The notes under the pieces were generated by a model. It had not been told where the DNA came from and did no database searches. It saw only the letters and a list, made by a program, of their open reading frames with translations. A DNA stretch of 64,000 nucleotides from Rebecca billardiae RCC1528 (lineage: Eukaryota; Protista; Haptophyta): positions 1,240,001 to 1,304,000 of the forward strand of contig OZ251237.1 in NCBI GenBank assembly GCA_965240325.2, written 5' to 3'. This document shows positions 53,619-64,000 of this stretch, piece after piece (position 1 is the stretch's first letter; each line of letters opens with the position of its first letter). The position numbers and the translations under genes are program-made.

Positions 53619-54638
53619 CTACGACTGGAGGCGGTAATCCACATCGTAAAGGCGAACGTCGACGGCAAGGCTGCCGGCCGCGCGTGCCTGCTGCAGTGTC
53701 GCAATGTCGGTCGTGGGCATTGTGTAGGCCGCGTCGGCGGCGAGGTACGTCTTGGTGAGCTGCCGGCTCTCAATGTGTCCACGCCCAGCGAGTCGATACG
53801 TGTTGACCGTCTCGACCAACTTGACGAGCGGCGGCGCCTTGGCCGATGCCCCGGGTGTGCCCGGCACAGGCGGAGCGCCGGGCTGGTCGCCTTCGCGGTA
53901 CACGGTCTGCCGCACAAACTCGGCGCACTCGAACGTGTCCGACGCCGCGTCGGCGCCGCTTCGCGAGCGCCGACCCAGCACCTCGATCAGCACGCGGAAT
54001 GCCTGTCCGCCGGCCCCTGCTGGCCGCAGGCGCGCCTCGAGCACGTCCGCCGTCGACGCTCGCTCGTTGAAGCCAGGCCGCAGGCCACCGCCGACACCGA
54101 GCACGGCATCAGAACCCATAGAGGCCCGCGCGATCGAGGCGACGTTGTACGCGCGATCGCAGATGCACGATGCCGTAGAAGAGTCCGTCGGCTGCCATCG
54201 CGCAGCGTACGCGAGCTCCGTCTTGAGCTCGTTCCGAGCGCGCTCTAGCGCGCCGGGCGCTGGCGCAAAGAGACGCTCGCCCGCCGGCGCCACCACCGCG
54301 AGCCCGCGCGAGCGCACATCCCAGGTCCCTTGGAACCAGGGAGGATAGTACACGTCGTCCGCTTCCTTGCCGTACGTCGGGCGCACGTAGATGGACGGGT
54401 CCGCCACGCGTGTGGGGCTCTGTGCATCCGCGAGTACGGCCGCAATGACGTCGGCATCATCTCTGACGGCCGCGGCGGCCACAGAGCCCGGCAGGATGAC
54501 GCCCGCCCACGCGCAGGCTGACGCGTGCTCAAGCACGTGCCGACGTGGCAAGTCACGCGAGGCGAGTGGCCTATTGTGCTGCAGAGCGGCAGTGACGTGC
54601 ACCGCCGCGCACGCTGCCACGATGACGTGCGCGCGCAT
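53619..54638 (-). CDS. DUF6816-like (cyanobacterial/plastid-type) protein
   Basis: Signal plus RR-containing leader; DVYYPPWFQGTWDV, DRAYN..SIARASMG, EFVRQ, VETVNTY. Confidence 0.6.
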   Translation of the reverse strand: MRAHVIVAACAAVHVTAALQHNRPLASRDLPRRHVLEHASACAWAGVILPGSVAAAAVRDDADVIAAVLADAQSPTRVADPSIYVRPTYGKEADDVYYPPWFQGTWDVRSRGLAVVAPAGERLFAPAPGALERARNELKTELAYAARWQPTDSSTASCICDRAYNVASIARASMGSDAVLGVGGGLRPGFNERASTADVLEARLRPAGAGGQAFRVLIEVLGRRSRSGADAASDTFECAEFVRQTVYREGDQPGAPPVPGTPGASAKAPPLVKLVETVNTYRLAGRGHIESRQLTKTYLAADAAYTMPTTDIATLQQARAAGSLAVDVRLYDVDYRLQS

Positions 54639-54748
54639 CTTGCTTCTCGCCGTCCAAATGATGACGACGAATGACGAGGGCCCCCCAGACGCAAAACGGT
54701 GCATCAAGGGTTTTGATGCACGGCTCCCGCCGCGAGCCCGCGACCGCC

Positions 54749-56416
54749 ATGGATGCAGGCAAGGCTCGGCCTGGCCGGAGTGTGCTCGCCGCCCTCGCGG
54801 CGCTCATCCTGGCAGCCTGCCTGGCGGCGCTCGCGCGCAATGTCTGGGCCGGGGACCTTGCACACGGCTGCGTGCCGACGGCGAGGCACTTGTGCAACAC
54901 TGCGGAGAACAAGTTGCCGGCGCTGGACAGCGCGCGCGGCTTTACTCTGCCATCGATTGAGAGTGAGCTCGATGCGAGCACGGTGCGCGCGTTCGAGCAC
55001 GCGTTCGGGCGCGCGCTCGCAGGCTTGCCGATCGTTGAGAACGTAACGGCTCACGTCGTGCACCGCCTGCACGCCTTCCTGCGCGGGGCCTCCGGCCTGC
55101 CCGAGCCCGAGCTCCTGCGGCGCGCGTTTGGCACCGGTTCACGCGGCAACACGGGATATGTGGGAGCGGGCGTGGAGGCGCTGCGCGCCGTGCTCGCCGA
55201 AGGGAACCAGCGCGAGCGGTGGTCACTGGTGTACATCCTGCAGAAGAACGGCTTCCTGGACGGCCTCTTCGAGGACGTGGCAGCGAACAAGACTCGGATC
55301 CAAGAGCTTGGACTGAGCACGGCGGCGGTGCGACTGCGCGCGGCCGAGCTGCGCACGACGCGCTCGCTGCCAAAGGCGATGCGGTACGCGAACGGCATCG
55401 CGGACTGGCTGTTCCCGTCGTTCGACTCGTGGGTGCGCTTCGACTTCGACGGCCCGGCGCTCGTCGACGCCGTGCAGTCGCCAGCACCGCTCGCGTGGCG
55501 GGCCTGCCGCGTGCGCCTTCCGGGCGGCTGCGAGCGCACGGCGCTGCGCGCAGATGACCCCGAGGTGTTCCCGCCGCTGAGCGAGCGCGAGCGGGCGTAC
55601 CAGTGCGCGGAGCGCGCCGCGGCGGAGCCGTGCAGGCTGCACTGGCTGCCTGGCAGCGGCTGTTACAACCTCGTCGACAGCCCGCTCCGGCCGGGCGCGC
55701 TCGCCATCTCGCCCGCAGCTGCCGCGCGTGCGCGGTCCGCGGCGGTGACTCCTGCCGCTGCATCCGCAGTGCGAGACCGGCATGGGCTGTCGTTGCCGGG
55801 GTACGTGGCGCGTGCGCGCGCGCTCGGCATGCGCGCCGTCGCTGGGCCCTCGGGCACCACCACGAACACGCTGCAGATGGCGCGGCTGCTGGGCGTGCCG
55901 CCGCAGGGGCTGTGCGCGCTTCGGCTGGCGATGGTGTCTTGGCTGCTGCTCTCAGATGACCACTCTCTGTGGGAGGTGCTGCTCGCGGCGGAGCCGTTCA
56001 TGCCGCGCGCGTGGCGCATCAGCGCGCCACCTCCACCCCGCGCCATGCCGCTCTCGCACTGGTCCGCGCGCGCGGCAGATGCAGTCTGGCCTCTGCTGCC
56101 AGCCGTCCGATCAACGCTTCAGCTTGGCTCGGCGCCGCGTGCACCGCCGGCCGCGGACTCGCGCCCGGCGCCCGCAGGCTCGCAGAGCACGTCTGCGCTG
56201 TGCAGCCTGATCGCACGGCTCGTGCCGCACACGCTGCGCTGGAACGGCCACGAGCTCGAGCCTGCCGAGATGTGGGCCGCTGTGCGCACGGCACTGGGCG
56301 AGGCGGCTGGCGGCGCAGTCTGGGATGCGCTTGGGGACGAGCAGCGCGCGTTTGTGCAGTGCGCGTCTGCTTCTGCACGCCCGGCCGTGTGCTGCCGCGC
56401 GGTGGCGGTGCCCTGA
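54749..56416 (+). CDS. secreted or membrane-anchored protein with an S-HxxxE toxin-like motif
   Basis: Hydrophobic N-terminus; PPLSERE, AGPSGTT (Ser codon at 55850), LRLAMVSW, DHSLWEV (His codon at 55961). Confidence 0.6.
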   Translation: MDAGKARPGRSVLAALAALILAACLAALARNVWAGDLAHGCVPTARHLCNTAENKLPALDSARGFTLPSIESELDASTVRAFEHAFGRALAGLPIVENVTAHVVHRLHAFLRGASGLPEPELLRRAFGTGSRGNTGYVGAGVEALRAVLAEGNQRERWSLVYILQKNGFLDGLFEDVAANKTRIQELGLSTAAVRLRAAELRTTRSLPKAMRYANGIADWLFPSFDSWVRFDFDGPALVDAVQSPAPLAWRACRVRLPGGCERTALRADDPEVFPPLSERERAYQCAERAAAEPCRLHWLPGSGCYNLVDSPLRPGALAISPAAAARARSAAVTPAAASAVRDRHGLSLPGYVARARALGMRAVAGPSGTTTNTLQMARLLGVPPQGLCALRLAMVSWLLLSDDHSLWEVLLAAEPFMPRAWRISAPPPPRAMPLSHWSARAADAVWPLLPAVRSTLQLGSAPRAPPAADSRPAPAGSQSTSALCSLIARLVPHTLRWNGHELEPAEMWAAVRTALGEAAGGAVWDALGDEQRAFVQCASASARPAVCCRAVAVP

Positions 56417-56836
56417 TGGCTGCTGCCATGACACAGCATGGGACCATGTGTACACTGTACGTAGCTTGTAGTAGACTTACGACTAGTCACTGATGTCAGG
56501 AGTGGTGTCGTGAATGGTGACACTGGACACTGGTGTGGCCCACAGTGATGCTGTGATGCATTGCACGAGTCACAGCCGTGAATGACTATAGTCTATATAC
56601 TCTGGCTATAAGTATAGGCGAGAAAACTGATGATGATGATTCAGTGATGATGAACGTCATCAGCTTCGACGTTTGAATTTGAAACTCGTCATCACTCCTG
56701 CACCAGACCTGCGGCGTGCGGCGTGCCGGTAGTCGGCAGTCGCACCAGGGCCCCGAGGCGGAGGGGAGGTCGCACCGCCTGTCAACGCAGAACGCTGGCG
56801 AGCGATGCCGCGGAGCGTTGCGCCAGCTGGACCGAA

Positions 56837-57804
56837 CAGGGCAGTTCACCTGACAGCGGAGGGCCACCTGACACCTGACACTGACACCACCTGACACGTG
56901 TCAGCCTGTCAGGCGAGTGGTGAGATGGGCTGCCTGACAGTGTCAGGTGGGTCCCCTGACACTGTCAGACGGCCACCTGACACTGTCAGGCTGTCAGGCG
57001 GCTGGGAGGGTGCTGCCGGCTGACACGTCAGCCGTGTCGGCTGACTGTCAGCCGACTGCGGCCGGGCGGCGGCGCCGGCGGGGCCGGGCGCGGGCCCCGG
57101 CCGGGACGGGCCGGCACCCGCCAGCGCGGCCCAGCCGCCACCCGCCGGCCGTCGCGGGTCTGCTTAGAGTTAGAGTCTGCGGCGCTCCGACATCACAGAC
57201 CGTTACAGTGCTCGGACGCGGCGCGTAGCGAGCCGCGGCGGCGACCGGCGCGCGGTCGCGCGCTGCGGCGCGGCGGCCGCTGCGTGCGCCGCGCCGGCTG
57301 AGTACTGAGTAGGAGTGACTGTCAGCCGGGCTGTCACTTGTCAGCCGACGGCTGACAGCTGGCTGACACGTGTCAGCCTGTCAGGCGTGCCGGCGAGTGC
57401 GGTCGGCTGACAGTGTCAGCCTGTCAGGCGTGAGGCGAGATGAGCCGCCTGACAGTGTCAGGTGGGTCACCTGACAGTGTCAGGCGGCCACCTGACACTG
57501 TCAGGCGGTCAGGCGACTCTGCCTGTCAGTCTGCTGACAGGTGTCAGATGATTGTCAGGCGAGGCCTGACATGTACGACGTTTTGTGGACGACGGTGGGG
57601 CGAGGACGACGGGCGCTGGCGCGCCGCGAGGCGGCCGCAGCCCTCATCCAGGCCTCGCAGGCGGACGGCTGAACGAATTTTTCCGGCGGCGCTACCATCG
57701 GCGACGGCTTCATGGGCGGTGACAGTTGGCGGGCGTCAATCTCGCCTGCCTGAGCTGTGTGCGTCTCTTATTCTTAGTAAACTGTAGTCAGGTGAACTGC
57801 CCTG
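56837..57804. mobile_element. hAT-like MITE (968 bp) with dense TGACA/TGTCA subterminal repeats
   Basis: Perfect 18-bp TIR CAGGGCAGTTCACCTGAC; flanks CTGGACCGAA / CTGGACAA read as an 8-bp TSD with a 2-bp indel. Confidence 0.75.
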
Positions 57805-57841
57805 CTGGACAAACGCGAAGGACCCAAGAGGGGTGCGCACG

Positions 57842-59247
57842 ATGGCGCCACGTGCGGAGCAGCCTTGCCTGGCTTGCCCCCCGCCTGTGCTCAAACAAGG
57901 CGGGGGCGGCGAGTTTCAGCGCCTGCTCGTGCTGCTCGCTTTCTATCGTGCGCCTCAGGCCCCACCGCCGGTGGATCAGACTCAGTCACTCCACGACTCC
58001 TGGATGATGTGCGACGGGAACGTTCGTTTTTTCTACGCGCACGGGCTGAGCGCAGCGACGACAGACGTGATCGTCACCGCCATCGGGGACTCACTGGCGC
58101 CACCGACACCGCCAACGTCGGCAAATGTCGAGATCCTCCGGCTCAGCTGCAACCCGGGCACCGACCTGCACACGCACGCAGCAGTGCTGCGCCACGTCGC
58201 CACGAAGCCGGGCGGGCTCGATCGCTACTCACATTTCGTCATGCTCAACTGTGGCGCGCGTGGGCCGTACGTGCGCGCGGACGCGCTGGAGCGATGCCCG
58301 AACGCCTTTGGCGGGTGGCTCTCGGAGCAGCGCGACGGCCCGCTGTGGCTCGCGCCCTTCGCGAGCCGGCTGGACGGGCCGGACAACGTGGCGCTAGTCA
58401 GCCCGTTGATCTCGTTGCAGCGTTACGCACACGTGCAGTCTCACATGCTCGCCTGCTCGAGGCGCCACGTGGAGGTGCTGATGCGCGCGTGGCCGCCGGA
58501 CGCGCGCTGCGAGGTCTCGTCGGCGGCGCGAGCGGAGGCCCCGGGCGCATCAGCACACGTCAGCACGCTGCACAGGCGCCCATTCCCGCCCGCCATCTTC
58601 GAGCGCGCGTGCTCGAGGCGGCACGCCGCGCGCGACGCAAACGGCATTCCGAGACGAGCGGACCCGAGCCTCCGTTCGATGCAGCCGCCGCCGTGTGTCA
58701 CGGCGCGCCCGACTTCTGCGGGCCCACGCCGGCTTTCTCGTGCCGCGGGCGAGAGGCGCTCCATCCAGAGGAGGACGCGGCGGCTGGTCTCGTTCGGCTT
58801 AGTCAACCAGACGGAGATCCATCTGTCGCAGCTCGTGCTGCGAGAGGGCGCGCAGATTGCGTCGCTGGCGCGCGAGCAGCAGGGCTGGGACCTGCGCGGC
58901 TGCGTTGGCGCGCAGCACAAGCCAGCCCGCTCCAAGTGGGAGAAGAACCCGCTGTTCAACCTTGGGCTCGGCGCCGACCCGTACGAGGCGATCTTCGTCA
59001 AGTTTGGCGGCAACATACTGCACACGATGCGGGTGCACCCGCGTGCCTGCGTGTGCCTGCGCAAGGCGCACATGCACCTTCCGCGCGTCACTGCCAGGCG
59101 CCACGCGCGGGCGGGCGGTCGCAACTCCTCGACGCCCTGACGATGAGTTCGGTCGCGCGCGAGAGCTGGGCGCGGTATCGCTGGCTCAGCCCGCGTCATC
59201 CTCCGTGCAAGCGGCTGAATCGTCAGCAGAGTGCAGTCGGACAGTAG
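57842..59247 (+). CDS. RgpF-related putative glycosyltransferase; intron structure and 3' end uncertain
   Basis: YSHFVMLNCGARGPY, W..F..RL..VALVSP, HVQSH, EIHLSQLVLREG, PYEAIFVK. Confidence 0.5.
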
Positions 59248-59987
59248 TGATGTCGATGACTCAGATGAGGCGCCAGCACATCCCCGCGTGCCGCCGGCGA
59301 TATATATGATGGCGATATCCAGCACCGATGAGGTCCGAGCACACTGCACGGCGTGATCGCGGCGATTATTTATGATTTAATGATTATTATATATCCCGTC
59401 CGCATCATCGGCCCGCTGTATATTCGTCATCACTATAATAGTTGTCATCAACCGTCGGTCGCGGCGCGGCCGCGTGGTACCTACCACGACTGCTGCAGTC
59501 TGTCAGACTCGACGACTGCTAATGCACAGTAGTCGATCTACAATTCTACTACTGAGTACTGACCGTGACGGCTTAGTCTGACGCCTGAATGACGTGATTG
59601 ATGACGACTGATCCGTGTGACTGATGTCTCATGTCTGTCTGATGACTCGACGACTTAGATTCTGCGCTGACGATTATTATTCGTCGCGCGAATACCGGAA
59701 TAATACTTACTGACGGAAATAATAGAGTATAGTACGGACCGTACCCGGCGGGACTACGGACTACGGTAGCTTATTAGCACGGTGCCGACTGACTCGGATC
59801 GTGACGGGAGTCGGACCGATCCCCACTACTGCCGTATACTACGCGTCATGCGCATGATGCAGTCGCCCGCGAGCGGGCTGAACCCGACGATTCGCCCGTC
59901 ACTCGCTCGGACACTCCCGTGACTCGGGGCGGCCGGGCCCGGCCGCGAGACTGATGTCACCACTGCTCGGTTGCCGTGCTCGCCGCC

Positions 59988-60750
59988 TCACCCTTCAGCT
60001 TGTGCTGACAATGTCAGCGTGGCGCGCATGAGACGGCTGGCTTCTTCGCAGCCTGCGTGCGCCACCTCCAGAGCCTCATCGAGCTCACGCGGTGCGACTA
60101 GGCCCGTCATGCTCAGCAGGCTTGTCTGCTGCCGCGCCGCCATCGTCGCGACGACAACACGACCTTCTGCGTTCTCCTCGTCCGCGGCAGATGCGCCCAG
60201 CTGCAGCGAGTTGCTCAGCCGTACCTGTGCGGAACGTCGCAGGAGGGCGGGGGCAGGGGCAATGTTATGTCACGCGTCTTCGGTCGCGATTCGGTAGCGG
60301 GGCGCTGCAGACACGTACCACCGTGCACGCGGCAACCACGTCAAGCATGCGCACAGAGGCGTCTGCCAGCGCGAGCGAGCCACACATGATGAGCGAAGGA
60401 AGCATGCAGCCATCGTCCTGGACGACAAAAGCGCAGAGCTGCCACGCGCATTTCGGGTAGGCGCCGAGCTGTATCGCCGGCGCGAGCGCGGTGTGCATCT
60501 CCTCCGCGAGCGCCACCTCGTCGAATGGCATTCGTCCGTCGCCCACAACAGCGTTGCGACCTGATGAGCGGGCGAACGCTGCGATCCGCACCTCGCAATT
60601 CAGCCGCCCGCGTTCGGAGAACTCGACTCGGGCGTCCACGTGCGGGCCATACACCGCGCAGAGCACGCGCGTGCCCCCTTGCTCGACAACCGCCGAGCCG
60701 GTCGCGGTCGTGATCGCCTTGCACGCAAAATGCAGCTCGCTGGCGGCCAT
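59988..60750 (-). CDS. exosome RNase PH-fold subunit (MTR3/RRP41-like); intron 60225-60318
   Basis: ATGSAVVEQGGTRVLCAVYGP, YPK..FVVQDDG, SLALADASVRMLDVV; the spliced frame closes at TGA 59988. Confidence 0.82.
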
Positions 60751-60989
60751 CGTTGCCGATGACTTCGGCGACGAGACCGTCGTCATCTCACCGGACACGC
60801 CGGACCACTTGCCTGGACTGCCCGCCCGCCCTGGACAAGCGCCAATGTGACGACGGTAACTGTTACAGTAAAGAGTATGCATGAGAGCTGGGCCGGGCGG
60901 GCACCACGCCCGCGGCGCTCTATCGTCGCTGCGTTGCTGCTGTCGTATTGCTGGCAGCAGGTCGCCACGACTGTCGGGGTGACCTAGGG

Positions 60990-62060
60990 CTAGGCACGCG
61001 GCTTGAATGCGTCGAGCGACACGGTGGACGCCTTGCCGTCGACGATGAGCTCGGACAGGGCCTTGCCCGTCGCCGGCGCGTTCAAGATGCCCCAGCACCC
61101 GTGCCCCGTCGCGACGAACACGCGCTTCGCGCCGGCGAGCTCGCCGATCACGGGCAGACCGTGGCCGGCAATCGGCAGGTGGCACGACTGCCCCGCAGTC
61201 ACGCTCGCCTCGCGCAGCTCGGAGGACACCTGGTGCGCGACGGACGTGAGCCGGTCGAGCACCTTCTGCTCCACCTTCACCTCGCCCGGCAGCTCGCCGA
61301 CCACCACCGGCGCGTCCGGGAATCCCGTCACGTATACCTCGCCGTCCGGCCGTGGGTACACCTCAGGATCGCCCAGGCCCTGGAAGAAGACAGCTTGCGA
61401 GAGCGCGCGCGGCGCCTGCAGCAGCACGGAGTGGTACTTCTGCCCGTACACGGTGGGCACGCCGGGCACGCCGGAGACCTGCGAGGTCCACGGGCCCATC
61501 GCGAGCACGACCGCGTCTGCGTCCAGCCACGAGCCGTCGACGCGCGCGCGAGCGCCCGCGTCCGTCGACTCGACGCTCTCAACGACGCCGATGCGGAGAG
61601 ATGCGCCGGCCTTGGTGGCTTCGTCGAGAAGGGCGTGCGTGAGCTTGCGCGGGTGGACCTGCGCGATCGTGCGCTCATCGCCCATCGCGCGCGAGCCGTA
61701 CGCGCCCAGGTCCGCCCACTCGACGTGCTCGAGCTTTCGGCTCTTGGGCGCTGCACCGCCGCCATCCTCGACGGCGACCGCGCGGCACGAGAGCCGGCGG
61801 TAGTCGATGCGCTCCGCGCCGAGCTCGCGGCTGAGCTCCTCGTGCAGGTCGAACGATGTGCGCGTGAGGTCGCCAACGGGCGAGCCGTCGTTCCAGTCCT
61901 TCGCCAGGAACCCGCCAGCCTTTCCGCTCGCCGCGGCCGCCACCTCCTTCCGCTCAACGATGAGCGGCGTGCAGCCGCGCTTCGTGAGATAGTACGCGGT
62001 GCTCACGCCAATGATGCCTCCGCCGCAGACGATCACGCGCGGCGAGCCGGCGACGGCCAT
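60990..62060 (-). CDS. FAD-dependent oxidoreductase, DAO family (TDA3-like)
   Basis: CGGGIIG, AASGKAGGFLA, QVHP, PEVYPRPDG, ATGHGCWGILNAPATG. Confidence 0.9.
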   Translation of the reverse strand: MAVAGSPRVIVCGGGIIGVSTAYYLTKRGCTPLIVERKEVAAAASGKAGGFLAKDWNDGSPVGDLTRTSFDLHEELSRELGAERIDYRRLSCRAVAVEDGGGAAPKSRKLEHVEWADLGAYGSRAMGDERTIAQVHPRKLTHALLDEATKAGASLRIGVVESVESTDAGARARVDGSWLDADAVVLAMGPWTSQVSGVPGVPTVYGQKYHSVLLQAPRALSQAVFFQGLGDPEVYPRPDGEVYVTGFPDAPVVVGELPGEVKVEQKVLDRLTSVAHQVSSELREASVTAGQSCHLPIAGHGLPVIGELAGAKRVFVATGHGCWGILNAPATGKALSELIVDGKASTVSLDAFKPRA

Positions 62061-62177
62061 CGCGAAGAGAGCGGCTGCGACCGTCTTGCGCGTCGGGAGA
62101 GCGGCCGCGCGGCCGCCGACGGCTCTGCTTTCGATGCCACGGTCCCGGGCCGGGCGGGGTCCAACCGACCCCGAACG

Positions 62178-64000
62178 ATGGCGATGGCGGCTTCGCGATG
62201 CATCGTGCTCGTCGCGCTCGCGTGCTGCGCGGCCGTGCCCCGGACGGCGGGGCACGGCTGTGCGCGTGCAGTCATGGCGCCGCGAGCTAGTATATCCGCA
62301 TCTCGCCGCTCTCGGCCGGCCATGGCCATCACCGCCCGCTCGCGCGGCCGACCGCGCGTGAAGGAGGCGGGCATCTCGAGCCTCGACGACCTAGCCGACG
62401 CTGTCGAGGTCGAGCGCGCGCGGCTCGAGGTGGCTGCGGCTGACACGCCCGTGGTGCTTGGCCTACTGGCTCTGCAGGCCCTTCCCCTCCTCGCCGTGCT
62501 CGACGAGCGCCTCCGTGTCCCTCTCCTCACGTACGGCTACTTTGGCTCATCCGCCGTTGCCGCAGTGTACCTCGGCGCGCGCGGCGCGCGTGCGCAGGTA
62601 GGGCTCGAGTCGCTCCAGCTGAAGAACGCGCTCGCAGCGCCCTTCATCGCCAGCGCGTGGCTCTTCGGCCTGTACTGGGTGCTCAAGTACTCCGACCTCG
62701 ATCCGAGCACCCTCTTCGCCATCGTGACCACGCTCTTCTGCGCACTCTCCGCGCAGGACGTGAGTCAGCCGCTGTTCGGGGTCGCGCTGCGCGGAGCGCT
62801 GCCGTCGGCGCGCGCGGTGGATCTGGCGAGCTTCGGCGCGAGCGTGCTCGTGGCGCTCGGCCTCACCCTCACGTACGCCACGCACCCCGCCGCGGACACC
62901 CTCCCGTCGCTCCTCGCATCCAACGTGCTCGCCCTGTGCGCTGCGGTGAGCGTCGTCTCCGCGGTCGTGCCGGAGTCGTTTGTGGCCGCGGCGGTGCTGG
63001 CGTGCGGTCTCTTCGCGTACGACGTGTTCTGGGTGCGCGCGCCGCGGCGCACGGGGAGCGGCCCACCTTGCACCGCACCCGCGGCATGCCTGACCTGTCC
63101 TGCCCGGCGCGCGCGGTCCTGCCGATGCGCGCGCACCGTTTGTGCGGCGCCGCAGGTGTTCCGCACGGAGGTGATGCAGACCGTCGCGCTCTCGCTCTCA
63201 GCGCCTGTCAAGCTCCAGTTCCCCGCGCCGCCCACCCGCTCCAACCCGTTCTCCATCCTCGGGCTGGGCGACATCGCCGTGCCCGGGCTGCTGGCGAGCA
63301 TGATTGCGCTCTTCGAGGCGCGGCGCGTGCCGGCAGACGGCGCGACGGCCGAGAGTGGCGCGGCCGGCGAGGGCGCGAGCGGTGGGGCCGTGAGCACGTC
63401 CGCGCCGGACGCGCAGCCCGCCGTGCCCGAGCCGTACCTGCCCTCCACCCTCGGCGCGTACGGCGCGGCGCTCACGCTGTGCTTCGGCGTGAACTTTGTC
63501 ACGGCCGCGGGCCAGCCGGCGCTGCTCTACATCGTGCCGTCCCTGCTGGGCACAATGGTCTCGACGAGCGCGGCGCGCGGCGAGCTGGGCGAGCTCGCGG
63601 CGTTCGAGTACGAGCGGCCTGAGCCGCTGGAGATTGAGGGCGACGCGCCGGCGGTCGACGCGATCCGCGCGACGCAGCGCTGGGTGCGCGAGGTGGTCGT
63701 GCCGCTCTCCCTCTGCCCGTACGCGCGCGAGCCGCTCGAGAACGACCGCTACGCGTACGCCGTGAGCAACGCGAGCACGGCGGATGAGTTCATCGACGAC
63801 TTTCTCGCCTCGGCGGAGGACCTCGTGCTCGAGCGCTCGGCGGACGACGTGGCGGCGACCGTGCTGATCGCGCCCGCGCTCGAGTCGTCGCTCAGCCTGG
63901 ACGACTACGCCGCGCTCTCGGCCATGCTGGAGGAGCAGTGCCAGAGCGAGGACGAGCCGATCTGCGACGGCGCGGTCGGCGCGGCGTTCTTTCACCCGCG
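62178..64000 (+). CDS. signal peptide peptidase (A22B) fused to a DUF1415-like domain; intron 63033-63155; runs off the window
   Basis: Bipartite leader; LFAYDVFWVF, LGLGD, QPALLY; then in frame WVREVVVPLSLCPYAREP...AAFFHP. Confidence 0.8.
   Translation, partial: MAMAASRCIVLVALACCAAVPRTAGHGCARAVMAPRASISASRRSRPAMAITARSRGRPRVKEAGISSLDDLADAVEVERARLEVAAADTPVVLGLLALQALPLLAVLDERLRVPLLTYGYFGSSAVAAVYLGARGARAQVGLESLQLKNALAAPFIASAWLFGLYWVLKYSDLDPSTLFAIVTTLFCALSAQDVSQPLFGVALRGALPSARAVDLASFGASVLVALGLTLTYATHPAADTLPSLLASNVLALCAAVSVVSAVVPESFVAAAVLACGLFAYDVFWVRAPRRTGSGPPCTAPAACLTCPARRARSCRCARTVCAAPQVFRTEVMQTVALSLSAPVKLQFPAPPTRSNPFSILGLGDIAVPGLLASMIALFEARRVPADGATAESGAAGEGASGGAVSTSAPDAQPAVPEPYLPSTLGAYGAALTLCFGVNFVTAAGQPALLYIVPSLLGTMVSTSAARGELGELAAFEYERPEPLEIEGDAPAVDAIRATQRWVREVVVPLSLCPYAREPLENDRYAYAVSNASTADEFIDDFLASAEDLVLERSADDVAATVLIAPALESSLSLDDYAALSAMLEEQCQSEDEPICDGAVGAAFFHP

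Overview
A very GC-rich eukaryotic genomic window. Short GC-rich introns with GTGCGC donors and (C)GCAG acceptors, an axonemal IQCG/DRC9 gene and probable bipartite plastid-targeting leaders suggest a haptophyte alga, probably Pavlovales; this assignment is inference. About 23 protein-coding genes are supportable, many in tight head-to-head pairs: an occludin/ELL-domain protein, an ATG22-type MFS transporter, an EsV-1-7 repeat protein, DUF501, CenH3, a GT2-like protein, an LRR membrane protein, aminopeptidase P, a UVRAG/VPS38-like protein, MTD1, a PhyH-like dioxygenase, NCX, DRC9, TACO1/YebC, a CHI-fold protein, a beta-propeller protein, DUF6816, an S-HxxxE-motif protein, an RgpF-like protein, an MTR3-like exosome subunit, a DAO-family oxidoreductase and an SPP-DUF1415 fusion. 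Between them lie non-autonomous mobile elements: two TA-flanked mariner/Tc1-like elements, a 7-kb CACTA-ended foldback with palindrome arrays, a P-like element with a 7-bp TSD, a hAT-like MITE, a small nested MITE and a three-copy family with one fixed end. No transposase is visible. The most notable items are (1) a P-like element plus a 27-bp same-family excision-footprint-like remnant, (2) a 14-unit combinatorial EsV-1-7 Cys/His array behind a 640-bp hairpin, (3) a secreted-looking protein with an LnaB-type S-HxxxE toxin motif, (4) the giant foldback and (5) a tiny intron-split His-rich repeat protein missed by the ORF track. Most ORFs in the supplied track are GC-driven shadows. All family assignments come from recalled motifs, not database searches.
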